Source: Vitrella brassicaformis CCMP3155 (lineage: Eukaryota > Protista > Chromerida). Taken from it: a stretch of 64,000 bases of DNA. The DNA is taken from the NCBI GenBank assembly GCA_001179505.1, contig CDMY01000356.1, forward strand, positions 124,001-188,000, read 5' to 3'. Numbering within the stretch: the stretch's first letter is position 1; each line of letters starts with the position of its first letter. Shown here piece after piece: positions 27,861 through 41,173 of the stretch. A program made the translations under genes and the position numbers. The notes beneath the pieces were generated by a model. It ran no database searches. It was not told where the DNA came from and worked only from the letters and a program-made list of their open reading frames with translations.

Positions 27861-30800
27861 ATGAGTGGCCAGGCGACCACGGTCGAGGAGCAGCCTCCAC
27901 CGGACGAACCACCAGCCCCTGCACAACCGCAAGCAAAAACCCAGCCACAGGAGCCGACACAGCAGCCACAGGCATCCTCAGCACCAGCACCAGCACCGGC
28001 AGCAGCAGCAGCATCGCGTGTGAAGGACCAGACAGACGCGAGCAGCAGTACCAGCGGCAGCATGAGCAGGGACGACAGCAAGGCCTCCAGGGGCGCGAGG
28101 GATGCGACCAGTGGCGCGGCGATGATTGACAAGGACGACAGGAGGCCGTCGGAGCTCACCGAACAGGAAACAGAAACTGAGTCAGAAACCGAGGTGAGCG
28201 CTTTCCTCCCCTATCCAACCATCCACATGTGCAGTGCACGCCTGTCTGCCTGTCTGCCTGTCTGGTTGTTTCCTTGGATGCTTGTGGGCAGATGACAGAG
28301 GGCGAGTCAGAGCGCTCTCGACGCCGCAACCGGTCGTCCTCTCTGCGGAGCGGTGGTATGTCGTCGTCGATGAATCCGCCGTCAGGTCTGTCGTCGTCTG
28401 CTTTCCCCCCTCCCTCGCACACACCCTCGACGCCCCGGGGCGGGTCGTCCTCCTACCTCATGCGGCACGACAGACACGGCCGGGGGCCCATGCCGCAGCT
28501 GGAGGCCGACAAGCCCTGGCAGCAAAAGATGAGGACCTTCAGGACCAGAACGATGTGCGTACGGGTGGGCACACGTGTGGGTGCGCTGGAGGGGAGTGGA
28601 GTGGTATGGTATGGTTGGGATAAGTAAGGGAAGAGGGGTCTGTGTGTGTGTGTGTGCGTGTGTGATTGTGTGTGTTTGCAGCTGGACGTTGATTCTTGTG
28701 AGTTCGTTTTTCTGTTTGCTGGCTGCGGGGCACATCTACTGCACACTCTTCCTGCTGGTGGGTGGGCGGGTGGACGGGACGGGATGGGATGGGAAGCAAA
28801 GGCACACACACATGAATGTATTGTTTGTATGGATGCATTCATTCATCCATCCATCCCCGTGTGGTGTGGTGTGGTGTGTATGTTATGTGCAGGTGGCCAC
28901 TGGGGGGATCTATGGCGAGGTGATAGCCATCAAGAGGAACGTCGAAAAGGACAAGAAGATGCCGCTATTCTTCTTCCTTAGGCAGCCAAACACACACACA
29001 CACACACACAGACATATACACACATTCTCTCTCTGATCCCATCCACTCACTGTGGTGGCTGTGCTGGCTGCATGGATCGCCTCCCTCCATCAGGTGGTAC
29101 TTTTTCGCGTGCACGATCTTCTTTGTGGGGGCCAAATGGGTGTCGCCGCTTATCGAGACCTTCTCACTCAAGTACATAGCGGTGGACGTCATCCTCTCGT
29201 ACCACCCCTTCATCTCCTTCGTCGCATTCACCACCGGATTCATCGCTTTCGTCCTCACACTGCGCAAGTGAGGGAGGGAGGGAGCCGCTGGCCTGACTGA
29301 CCACTGAGTGACCTTCCTGGTGGGGGAGTGGCTGCATGTGTGTGTGTGTGGCGGTGTGGTGTGTCATGTATGTCAGGTTCACGTTGCGATATCAGTTCAA
29401 GCAGCTGGCGATGGTGCTGATAACGCTGCTGGTGGTGGTGGTCAACAGCCTGTCGATGATCGCCAACGTCTACAACGGACTCATCTGGTTCGTACTCCCA
29501 GCCACACTCGTCGTCGTCAACGGTCAGCCACCCACTGCCACCCACTCGGACACGACACTCGCCCCGCGTGTGGTGTGCCTTTTCATGTGTGTGTGACGTG
29601 CTTTGCTGCATGCCATGTGTGAGTGCAGACGTCTTTGCGTACATCTTCGGTGTGTTCTTCGGCCGCACGCGGCTCATCGCCCTCTCGCCAAAAAAGACCT
29701 GGGAGGGATTCATCGGTAGGTACGCCAGAGAGATAAGCAAGATACAGACAGACAGATCCACACATGCATGACATGAGTGCGTTGAATGGCTGCAACGTTC
29801 CGCTGGCTGCAGGTGCGTCCATTGTGACGATGGTGTGGGCGGTGCTGTGTGCCTCAGTCCTGGAGCAGTACAAGTGGTTCATTTGCCCACAGGTAGACAG
29901 ACAGACAGACCAACGCAACGCACACACACACACACACACACATACAGAGTTCTCTCTTACGTACAGCCACACACATGACCCAGCTAGCTCATTGTGTGAT
30001 GTCACGTGCATTGATGTAATTCTTGCAATGCATTCGTTGCGTTGCGTTGCAGGAGAAGATAACCTTTGTGCCGTTCCGTTGGGACCTCCACTGCGACCCC
30101 AACATCGTCTTCACACCAAGGCCTTACAGACTGCCTGCCAGACTCGCCGACATGGCTGGTATGTATGCCACCCACACAATGAATCAATACGTCCTGATTC
30201 CATTCGTATGTGCCGCTCCCTGCGTGTGGTGTGTGTGGGACACATAGGTCTGTCTGAGCTGGTCATCACGCCCATGCTCGGCCACGCCATCGTCCTGGGC
30301 TTCTTCGCCGCCATCATCGCACCCTTTGGCGGATTCTTCGCATCAGGCGTCAAAAGGGCCTTCAAGATCAAGGTAGGTAGGCCAGCCACACGCCCGCACA
30401 CACACAGACATTGCTCGCACGCCACGCCCTCCATGTGTGTGTCGCCCGGCCCATGCAGGATTTCGGTGGGAGCATCCCGGGTCACGGCGGCTTGACGGAC
30501 CGCTTCGACTGCCAGATACTCATGGGCATCTTCACATACATCTACTACAACAGGCAAGGGAGAGAGACACACAACAATTAGTCAATCAGTCAGTCAGTCG
30601 ACCACCACACCAACACACACACATCCACGCCTGCCTGCCTCCCCGTGTCTGTCTGTCTGTGTGTCTGATCAGCTTCGTGTACACGGACCGGCAAGAGGCT
30701 GTCGAGAGCATCCTCTCGTCCATCGCCACACTCTCGCTGCAGGACCAGGTAACACACAAACAAACAACCCCTGCACTGCACACGAGCCAGCCAACACATT

Positions 30801-30940
30801 CACCAATCAATCCGTCTCACTCTGTGTCTCTCTGTGTCTCTGTGTGTCAGTTGAAGATATACCGTCGGCTGCACGACAACCTGGTGCGGCGCCACGCACT
30901 CGGCAGCGCACGAGCAATGCCTTATGCAGCAGAGATGTGA
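27861..30940 (+). CDS. CDS: Phosphatidate cytidylyltransferase (CDP-diacylglycerol synthase)
   Basis: [68 protein letters not shown]. Confidence 0.96.
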
Positions 30941-31440
30941 TGTGACAAGCTCAAGTAAGGGAAGTTGGGAGGCGGGACGGAGAGAGGAGAGAGGTGTGTC
31001 GCGGCCTGGCGTGGCGTGGCTGATGCGACGCGACGCGTGTGGATAAGGCAAGCAGCACATCAATCATCATGTCATGGGGCGATGGATAAGGTCGGCTGTC
31101 TGTATTTGACGTCAGCGTGTACACTAACGACTATGGCTGGCTAGCTACATGGTAGGGGCGCGGTGCGTATACGCTGTGACACGATGGACAGACGGATGCA
31201 CTGACTGACTAATGAACGAACGTCGCTTTCTCGCTCGTGTGAATGAATGAATGGATGGATGGTGCGACCGACGCCGTGCTGGCTCCCAAAACCAAGCAAG
31301 TCAGTCAGTCAGTCATTCGACAAATACTCATCCGTGCAGACAGACATTCGCATGCACACACGTATATAAATATTGTCCCTCCGCCCACCAGCAGTCAGTC
31401 AGTTCCGTTCACCCCTGTCTGTCCCTCCCTCCCCGTGTGG

Positions 31441-33030
31441 TCATCCATCCTCCTCCCGCCGTCGCCTCTTGGCCTCCTTCCTGGCCCTCTTCCTCTCCCT
31501 CTTCTCCTTCTTACGCGCCTTCCTCTCTCGACGCCTCTCCCTCTCACGCCTGTCGCTGCTGCTGTCTGCCTCACTGTCGCTGTTGGCCTCACTCGTGTCG
31601 TCAACCACCTCCACGTCAAGTCGCTTCTTCTTCCCTGATGGCGGTTGGGGTGGTTCGTCCGGCTCAGCTGCGCAGTCCTTTCTTGGTGGCTGCTGCTGCA
31701 GTGAGATAAGTTCCTGCGAGTCGCCGAGTTCGTACGGTGGAGGGGTGGGGTGAGGGGTGAGCTGCGCCAGCCAGAGGTTGATCTCTTGCGCCAGCGATGC
31801 CGCAAGCCTCACGCCCTCCAGCGACTCGGAATACACCGCCTGCAGACAGACAGACAGACAGGCAGACGGACGTGGGTCGACCCACGTGCAGATGGGTTGG
31901 TATGTATTTGCCTGTGTGGCCATGCCATACCTTGAGGCTTGTCAGTCTCTTGGCGACCTGCTTGGCTGCCGTCACGATGGCCTCACTTTTTGTGCGCTCC
32001 TCCTCGTTGTGGCCCATGAGCTGCACACGGTAGCTCTTGAGCCCCTCATAGAAGACACCGAACCGACGCCACGTGGACGCCTGGTGCAGCACATGGGGCT
32101 CACTAAAGAGACGCTCGACCACAGAAGCAGTCTCCTCCAGCTTGCGAGATACCTCATCCTATAGCATGTATAGCAAAGAGACAGACAGAGAAGAAGACGC
32201 ACAACATATATCACCATGTCCTGTCATGCCCTCTTTTGTTTGAGCATCTGTTGCTCGCTGTGCCTACTTGAATGAGGCTCTGCAGCTGGTAGGCGGTCAT
32301 GTCCATGGGCTGCAGCAGGCTGGCAACATCGCCATCTGTGTCTGCATCTGCTCCTTCTTCCCTCCTGGCCTGCAGTGCCCTGTCCATCTGATGCAGCTGC
32401 ACTTGGAAGCCGATGTTGGGGTACACCTGCCGGATCTTGAGCAGCTCGTCGAACGCCTCCTTGTACGTCATCTGCCGGCTGGACATGAGCTGCGCTATCA
32501 ATACCGACGCCGACCTCGACACGCCCTTGCCGCAGAGAACCAACACACGACTGATTTGATTGACGCCAGCCACAAACAGACAGACGCAGACAGGCAGGAT
32601 GTCCAGAGTGTGATTCGTGGGAGGCTGTTGGGTTTGGGTGGCCTAAGTACCCGCCTTTCTGCTTTGCCTCGCCGATGAATGGCAGCGCCTTGACCAGGGA
32701 GGGATACAACAGCTCCTCAGGCATGTCCTTCACAGGACACACCTGCACACACACACACACACAAACCGACCGAATGTCTGCCACCTTTCGTTCCGTCAAG
32801 TCGCTCCGCTGACCGACCAGGTACTTGAACTTGTCCTCGAACACCGGCTGGATGGAATGATGGACAACGAGGATGTGCGTGATGCGGTGCTCCCTCAGCA
32901 GATGAGCATCTTTGCCTGCTGCTTCTCCGCCGATGTAGAGGAAGCCCTCGTCGATGGCGTGGAGCTTCGCCTGATGCGTTCGTTGGTTGTCGAAATGAAC
33001 AAAGAAGGAAAACCTGCTGCCTGATGTCAT
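31441..33030 (-). CDS. Dual-specificity protein phosphatase with basic C-terminal tail
   Basis: FLYIGG, ITHIL, acid-loop Asp (VKD), CX5R loop VLCGKGVSRSAS, PNIGFQVQL. Confidence 0.88.
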
Positions 33031-33909
33031 CTTGAAGCTGGCGATGGATCGGATTCATGACGTTGAGTACCGTTGAGTTTGACTGGCAAAAATTGATGCA
33101 CGCATCGTCTGTCCATTGTCAGGAAGCCATGCTCATGCACTTTGCCTCACTTGGATACACAGCGCCCCATGACATGCACGGCGGTCTGCTGGCTCATGCA
33201 TGACCAGGGTGGCAAGAAGAATGCATGGCAAGGCAGGTGACATGACACCCACGTGTGGAGCATGCATACCGCAGGTGAGAGCTGGCATTAGCTAGCGTCA
33301 TCCAAAACGATCAAAAGGCATCCATCCGACATTAGCAGGAGAGGGGCGACTTCGCATCGATAGAGACCGAAATGAATCGCCACACGTACGGATGCATTTT
33401 TTTACGACTGACAAGCACACTGCCCCCCCTCACTTGGCTTGCACCGTCCACACTACACCACACCGCACGCGCCCATTGGATCGAGTCATTCGGTAGCTGT
33501 ACAGACAGACACATCCCCGCCGAAGAGGAAGGACAAGACGGCAGAGAGGCAGGAGAAACCACCACCCACCCGCACACTAACACGCACCCCACACACCACA
33601 CCACACCACACCACACCACACCACCGCGCCTGGCTGGCTGGCTGGCTGGCATGGCACACATGTGGCCATACAGGCAGGAGGGAGGCAAGCACGAGGAGGG
33701 ACATGCCACACGACACAGAGAGGAGGGAGATATATGGGGTGGGGTCGCATCCAGCTGGAAAAATCCCCTGGCTGCTCTCGTCAGGATCGACGAAAGAGTA
33801 GGAGGCATATCTTCACGGGACGCAGCCCTTCCCTCTAAACACGCCCGTCGATCGATAGTAGCACACGCAGGTAGGCACCCCTCCCCTCCCCCACACGCCA
33901 TCCCATCGC

Positions 33910-35019
33910 TTAGTAGTAAGACCCGTCAGCCTTGCCCTGTGCGTCCAGCAGTCCCTTCCAGTAGTTCTTCTCAAAGTTGGCCTTGGCGCTTGAGTCTACG
34001 AGGACCTCAATGGTGCGGCCGCGCTGCCTGACAGGGAAGGTGGCCAGGTTTTGGGGCGGCCTGAGCTTGCCGGTGAGGGGGCCGACGAGGGGCGGGAAGG
34101 GGCACCAGTCGCCCACCACCTCACCGCTCTCGAGCGAGAAGGCCGTGCGGTGCAGAGGGCAGACGACCTTGCCGTCCTTGACCTCGCCTTGCTCCAAGGG
34201 CGTGCCGATGTGCGGACAGACGTTGGCCACGCAGTAGATGCTGCCGTCGGCGTCGGCAACCAGCAGCAGATTCAACCCGTTCACCTGAATGACGAAGGAA
34301 GCCACAGACGGACGGACGGACGGGTCGACGGACGGATGTATGAGGCTGGAAAAAATGTGGTGGTCCTGCTGTGTGGATCTTCCTTCCCATTGCACTGACC
34401 TGGACAGGCACGAGGTCGCCCGCGGCGATCTCGTCATCGTTGAGCACCGCCTTCCACTCCTGAGCCTGCAAGTATGCAGCCAGCCAGCCAGCCGCACAGC
34501 ACGCAGCAACAGATGACTGCCTCATGCCGTCGGTTATCTATCGAGAGAGGCTCGTGACTGAGTGCGTACGGTGGCAGTTGCGGCTCCGAAGACGGCATTC
34601 AAACGGGATCGGTAGGAACGTTGGGGCGCATCACCGTGCCTCTGCAGACACCGCATACACCAACCAGACCGATTCATAAATCCACCACAGATAGATGCGC
34701 TTGCTGATCTCTCATATATCAGCTCATTTGTCTGGTCACGTCACACATACATACATACCAGCTGATAGAAGGTTGGTGACACCCCCAGCTGGCCATGTCG
34801 GTCAGTGGCAACTGTACTCCTTTGTGAGAGGCACTGCTGCCCAGCAGGGGAGGGGAGCACGAATCCACTGACGCCTCCTGCAGCAAGAAATGGACACACG
34901 GACATATACATACACCAAACCAAAAGCATTATTGACCACACACTGATCTCCCCGTCCACCATCTCTTCATCCCGCGTCCCACCTGCAAGCAGGGTGAGTG
35001 CTGCAATGGCCGTCTTCAT
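33910..35019 (-). CDS. Rieske [2Fe-2S] ferredoxin-like protein with bipartite (plastid-type) leader
   Basis: Cluster boxes CPHIG and CPLH; spliced leader MKTAIAALTLLAGGVSG|FVLPSP (signal peptide followed by Phe). Confidence 0.9.
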
Positions 35020-35182
35020 TTGCAGATGTTCAGCCTGCTATCAAAATTCTTAAGCTGCCCGACTCCTGCCTTTTGAACCCTTGGCTTTGAACTCCTGCCA
35101 CCGGATTGGCTGCGCCGTAAATTCTCCTGTTTTACGCGAATGACCTCTACCCCAGACACTGAAACCCCGGAGTCGGAGGCCG

Positions 35183-35674
35183 ATGGTTTTTAACAGTCCC
35201 CCAGCGGCGCCCGGCAGCCATGCCGGTGTGCCTCTTGGTGTTTCGGCTCAGCTGAGGAGTCAAGTGTCGCCGAGGCTCGTGGACAGCGTGTCGCGCAGCT
35301 TCTCGCTCACGTCCCTGGTCGGCAACTGGCGTGCCAGAGCCCTCGCGAGCAGCGGCAGCAATGCCAGCCAGGCCATGCCCTTCTCGTTTGGCAACGTGGC
35401 GCGGTGAGTGAGGGACGGAGGGAGGGAGGGACGCAGACGCGCGTGTTCGGCGGATGTACCACCCACTCACTTGTCTGTGTTGTTTACGTGCTTTGTGTGT
35501 GTGTGCGTGTGTGTTGTGTGCAGTTGTGACCACGGTGAGTGGTGGCGTTGGGATATGGGCGGCCACGACCCGGCGAGTCCCTTCATGGAGTCGACCATCA
35601 ACTACCACAACCACGCCGTGTCGTACATGGTGTTCGTCATGTGCACCGTCATGTACTGCCTGCGCAGACTCTGA
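35183..35674 (+). CDS. Nucleus-encoded cytochrome c oxidase subunit 2 N-terminal fragment (presequence + first TM segment only), 123 aa, 2 exons (35183-35403, 35524-35674)
   Basis: CDHGEWWRWDMGGHDPASPFMESTINYHNHAVSYMVFVMCTVMYCLRRL* aligns without gaps from WDMG onward to the Cox2 N-terminal pattern W.LG.QD.A.P.M..II..H...; Ser/Arg/Ala-rich leader. Confidence 0.75.
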
Positions 35675-35874
35675 GGGAGTCAGCAAGGAATGGGCTCTCG
35701 GAATGGGCTCTCGGCACACACCACACCACAGCATAGGACAGCATGCCAGCCAACCGGACCTTTCAAGCAACCGAGCAAGGACGCAGTAGCCGGCTTGTCT
35801 TGACTGACTCACAATCACTGACTGGCTGCCTTTAGTGTGTGTGTGTGTGGTGGGGGGGGGGGGGTTGTTGTGCG

Positions 35875-36174
35875 NNNNNNNNNNNNNNNNNNNNNNNNNN
35901 NNNNNNNNNNNNNNNNNNNNNNNNNNNNNNNNNNNNNNNNNNNNNNNNNNNNNNNNNNNNNNNNNNNNNNNNNNNNNNNNNNNNNNNNNNNNNNNNNNNN
36001 NNNNNNNNNNNNNNNNNNNNNNNNNNNNNNNNNNNNNNNNNNNNNNNNNNNNNNNNNNNNNNNNNNNNNNNNNNNNNNNNNNNNNNNNNNNNNNNNNNNN
36101 NNNNNNNNNNNNNNNNNNNNNNNNNNNNNNNNNNNNNNNNNNNNNNNNNNNNNNNNNNNNNNNNNNNNNNNNNN
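35875..36174. other. Assembly gap (about 300 N) with duplicated poly-G-TTGTTGTGCG flanks
   Basis: Both flanks carry G(n)TTGTTGTGCG, suggesting overlapping contig ends. Confidence 0.9.
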
Positions 36175-36963
36175 GGGGGGGGGGGGGTTGTTGTGCGTGA
36201 AGAGCCTGTGAAACCCGTGTGTGTTCCTCTTTTTTGGCCTGCTGGCATCGTCGTTTGATTGGAACTCTGATGGTGCACCTCTATCAGAGCTCCTTCTCTC
36301 GACGTGGTGGCGGTGCTAGCTTGCAGAGAGGCATGGCACAGACGGTGCTCGTGTGGTGTCTGGCTGCCTTCGTATGTACTGCTGTGCGGCGTTTCTGCTG
36401 CATGCATTGATTGCAATGCTGGGAGGTGCAGTGCGCCTGGTGGGGTGGGGCACCATCTGTCTCCACACCTGAGAAGAGGGTGACCTGACAAGGCACCCAG
36501 GAATGGAATGAAGGCAGAGATGACCCCTCTCCACCAGATGGCCATCGATCACTCAGTCAGTGCACATGGCCTTTTTGCCCTTCCTTGTCCTCATGCTCTG
36601 CATGTCTGTCTGCCTGGCTCGCAATCGTGAACTGTTTGTCTGTGTGTATCTGTCTGTGTACACTAATGAATGAATGCCGGCCGGATGGTGGCAAAACTCC
36701 CTAGACGAATGAATCGGTCAATTCACTGATCATATCATCTTAGCTCGTTGTCGCTGGCCGTTTGACACACGCACACACACATCCATCCATCCATCCACTG
36801 CACGTAAGCGCGAGTCAGCCACCGCCAACACTGCCTAGCCTACTACCACAGACAAAAACCACTACCTCATGCCACGCCACTGACAGACACACCACCAACA
36901 AACGCCTCCCTCTCTCCCCCTCTCCATCCATATATCGCTTGATCTGCCAATGTGTGTATGTAT

Positions 36964-39900
36964 CTACAAGCCCTTACTGAACCAGACGTCGACGAACTCG
37001 TTGCGCGGACTTGTCATTTGGAAGAAGCGGTTCATGCGGGCCAGTCGTTTCGCTCTCTTCAGGGCCTTCTCGGGCCTCCTGGGGTCAAGAGGGTTCTCGA
37101 GGAACGCACGGTTGAACTCGAAGTCCTCCTCGGGGTTGGGCCGGGCGCTGTATTGGTGCCGCATGCGGCTGACCAGCGCGTCCTCCTCCTTCTCGGACAG
37201 AAGGTCCTTCAGCCGCACGCTCAGCGTGAAGCTGCCCGCTTGGGGAGGACCCTCCTCGTTCTCCAAATGAAACATGAACCTGAACAGCAGACACACAGAC
37301 AGACACACAAACACACAGACATCATGGGAGGGATGGAAATGCCNNNNNNNNNNNNNNNNNNNNNNNNNNNNNNNNNNNNNNNNNNNNNNNNNNNNNNNNN
37401 NNNNNNNNNNNNNNNNNNNNNNNNNNNNNNNNNNNNNNNNNNNNNNNNNNNNNNNNNNNNNNNNNNNNNNNNNNNNNNNNNNNNNNNNNNNNNNNNNNNN
37501 NNNNNNNNNNNNNNNNNNNNNNNNNNNNNNNNNNNNNNNNNNNNNNNNNNNNNNNNNNNNNNNNNNNNNNNNNNNNNNNNNNNNNNNNNNNNNNNNNNNN
37601 NNNNNNNNNNNNNNNNNNNNNNNNNNNNNNNNNNNNNNNNNNNCCTTTTGGTGGCTTTGGCCATGAAGGTCTGTATGAATGATCGAGCGAGGTATTCGCC
37701 GACGGCGGGGCACATCCTGGGTCCCTCGCCGAAAGGGATGGATGCGCAGTTGAGTGCGTTGGCCTCGCCGCTGCCGACCATGCGGACGAGCTCCTCCTTG
37801 AAGTGGCTCTTGGCCTCGCCGAAGTGGTAGTAGGGTATGGTCTGCTCGTCGAAGAACCACTTGAGCGACGGCGGGACCCACCGGTACGGCCAGAAGTGGG
37901 TCGCATACGCCCAGTAGGAAGGGTGGTGGTGCAGCAGCTGAGGCGATACCAGAACCTGCACACACACAGAGATACACACGACACGACAATGTCTGACAAG
38001 TTCGTTCATGTCTGACTGACACGGGAGGCCAGCTATCCGCCCGCCCAGCCCCAGCCACCCACGTACCTCAGTGCCCTCAGCGAATTTGAGGTCTTTGTAT
38101 CTGACGTTCCGCGAGCAGGTCCGCGAGATGAATGCGGTGGGCGGCAGGAGGCGCATGGCCTCCTGCACGACGTACCCCACAAACACGCTCGACGGCAGCT
38201 CCAGCACATCCAGCCCCTCCTCGGACTCGTCCACACTCTCGTTGGCGCCTTGCCCCTCCCCCTCCCGCTCCTCGTTGACACGCCGCTCCTTGGCCCGCAA
38301 CAGCTCTGGGCCCTCTGTTTCGGTGGTCTCCTCATCTGCCGTCTCATCTGGAAGGCTCTCATCTGTCTTGTTCTCCCCAACATCCTCTGTCCGTGCTGAC
38401 GAGCTGAAGGAGCGAGACGCACCTGCAGGATGGTCGGTGGCGGGGCGGGGGGCGGGGCTGGGGTTGGGGAGGTCATCAGCGGAGGTTGATGCAGATGCCT
38501 CTGGTGGTGGGGGGGCGAAGGTGGCCATGCGGATGGACTCGCCGTCGTCCTTGCGGGCGATGAACGGGTCTCGGCCGTTGCTGTCTGTGTCAGTGTTGTT
38601 TCCGGCGGTGTCCGCTGCGCCTTTCACCTGTGGGTAAGCCGGGTTCTTGGACTTCTTCTGGAATATGTACTTGCGGGTGCCCTCGACGGTTTGGAACTGC
38701 AGGTGGGGAGTGCCGGCAGTCACCCACATTGTCGTGGTTAAACCTGAATGAATGAACGGGCACCGAAAGGAGGGAGGGGAGACAGACAAGAGCCTTCCTG
38801 TATGTGTCTCTCTTCCTCCCTCCTCCCTCCCCCCCTCCCTCCCTCTCCTACCCCTCCCTCTCCTACCTTTGATGGCCGGTAGGTGTATGTGTCTGTGCAG
38901 CTGCAGCAGCATCAGCACCACCTCACTCACGCTCATCTCCACCCTCGCACCGTCAAATGCCGGCACTGGTCCTTCCTCCCCCTCCCCCTCTGATGCATCA
39001 TCCCCCGCCTCCTCGCCGCTGGCACTCTCCCCCGCTTTGACCACTCGAATGGTGCCGGGCCGCCTCGGGGCTGGTGATGTTGCCGCTGCTGGCTCGTCGT
39101 CTGGTGCGCTTGATTTGATGTGGAACTGGGGGGAGTCGAGGAGGAGGTTGAGGAAGGACTGGCCGTTTTTGGTGATGACGGCGCCGTCCTTGCCCTTGCG
39201 GCGGTAGAAGCGGTGGAGGTTGACGTAGTCACGCACACGCTGCTCCAACTCTGCAGACAGTGTAAGGGAGGGCAGGGCCACATGACGACATATCTACGAT
39301 GCATGGCTCGATGCAGCGGCCCCTTCTGCCTCCCTCCCTCCCTCCCTCCCTCCCTGCCTCTCACCCTTGAGGTCTTCCTCGAGTTTGGAGTACATGCCCG
39401 ATGGCAGGTGTCGCCAGTAAGGCCAGTGGTGCTCCAGCCTGTCCCACCCCTTGATGGCCCTCTCAATCACCGCCTCGAGCGGCCGCTGCTTCTCCTCTTG
39501 GTTGGCCAGCATCTCCGTCTGAGTGCACAGGTGCTCGCCAAACAGCACGTGGGCCACGGTGGAGAAGTGCCAGCTCTTGATGTGGCGGGGGAAGTCGTCA
39601 ACCCATGTGTCGCGGATCTTGTCCTCCCTCAGGGTGTCTGCCCACGACGGCATCTTCCTCCCCGTTGACTTTTCATAAGCGGCCTGCACGCCCAGACCAG
39701 CAGCCAGCCCAAGACAGACAGACAGACAGACAGACATGAGTGCATTCATGACACACACGACGCCACATGGCCTGTCCGTCCGGTGAGGGTGGCGGCTTGG
39801 CTTGGCTTACAGTGCGGTCCTTCTCTGCTTGTGTCTTCTCCTTGTTGAGGTGTATGAGGGGCAGCTCCCACTCGTCGAAGAGCGCGGCCATGCGCTTGTC

Positions 39901-40702
39901 CAGCTCCTGATTCATGAAGCTGCGGAAGTCCTCACCAGACACCAGCCGCACCGCCGCACGACGCACCTCCCGCCCGCGATCACTCGAGTCGTATAGGTGC
40001 GTCAAGGGGGCAGCCGACTGGCCATCCTGACCCTGATCGTGCGCCGCCTGACGCTTCTCAAGTATGCTCCACATGTCCTGGAACACGGCATCTGGCGGCC
40101 TGGTAGACAGACAGACACAGAGAGGAGAGGCATTAGCCTGCCATCGGTTGCTCCCTTCTGCCTTGGTCATTCATTGCTCACGGGTGTTGCCATGCGTCGG
40201 TTTCGTCTTTGAGTATGGCCTCTGCCAGCCCAGGGTCGCCGCACACCACCACCTCCCTGGCCAGCAGACCGGGACGAACCACAAACACACTGCCGCAGCG
40301 AGCAGCAAACTCGAGAATCTGTCACTCACAGACACAACCAAATCCGCACAGTCATATTCACGTGTGCATCTATCTGTTGTGGTGTGTCGCGCGCAGGGTC
40401 ACTCACTTGGCCCTGGAGGCTCGACGCTCGAAGACTGAAGATGGAACCTGCAAAGCGAACAGATAGGCACACACAACAAGTGTAATGCACAGTGCAAGCA
40501 ATTCCCTACTCCATCGGCATGCCCTCTCACCATTGAACAGCGGCATGTTTGACACACGGGGCAGCAGGGGCATCTTCACCTGGTCCCTTCCTTTAGCCCC
40601 GGTCACCGCTTGCAGACACAGCGCCACATATCTGCCAATAGCGCCCCCATCGACAGTGCCGCTGACCAGGCCGGCCGGGAGGCTCAGGCTTTTGGGCAGC
40701 AT
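36964..40702 (-). CDS. Cytochrome P450 with a long acidic insertion; 5' end uncertain
   Basis: GSVFVV..VVVCGDPGLAEAILK, I-helix IKGLTTT, EAMR (ExxR), WPYRW, heme motif PFGEGPRMCPA. The N-gap at 37344-37643 falls inside an intron. Confidence 0.88.
37344..37643. other. Assembly gap (300 N) within a P450 intron
   Basis: N run; the flanking exons join in phase (..KAT KR|FMFH..). Confidence 0.9.
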
Positions 40703-41173
40703 CGCTCACTCACTCGACGATACGTACGCACAATGAACAGATCAGGGACAGATCTTCCTGCAATTGTTAGATGGCGTTCTCCTCGTGCTGAGGTGTATCT
40801 GTGGTGCTGGTCAGCTCAGAGCAACTGAACTCAACTCGAAAGCTCGCAGTCGTGAAACCGTTATCCGAGCGTCCCAACGAAAAGAGAACGCATAATAGCG
40901 TGGTGAAGCGCTTTGAGCAGAGCATTTGGTTCCTTCTTGACCAGCGTATCTTACACATCTGTTTGTCGGTGAGCAGATGCATCTCGGTGGGAACTGCACT
41001 CGCAGACAGGACAGGGAGAGCAGGTTGTGTGTGGACGTGTGGGTGTGGCGAGAGTGCCGGGATGGGAGAGAGGGAAGGCGGGGGTGCGTCGTGCGTGATC
41101 TGTCATGTCTCTCCTGCATACATGTGTTTGTCCTCCGTCAGATACGATAGCCTGTTAGTGTTTGAGTGGTGAG

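Noticed and set aside
35672-35800. Possible TGA read-through (Sec or Trp) after the Cox2 fragment
   Set aside because: The downstream frame is not Cox2-like and no SECIS-like element was seen.
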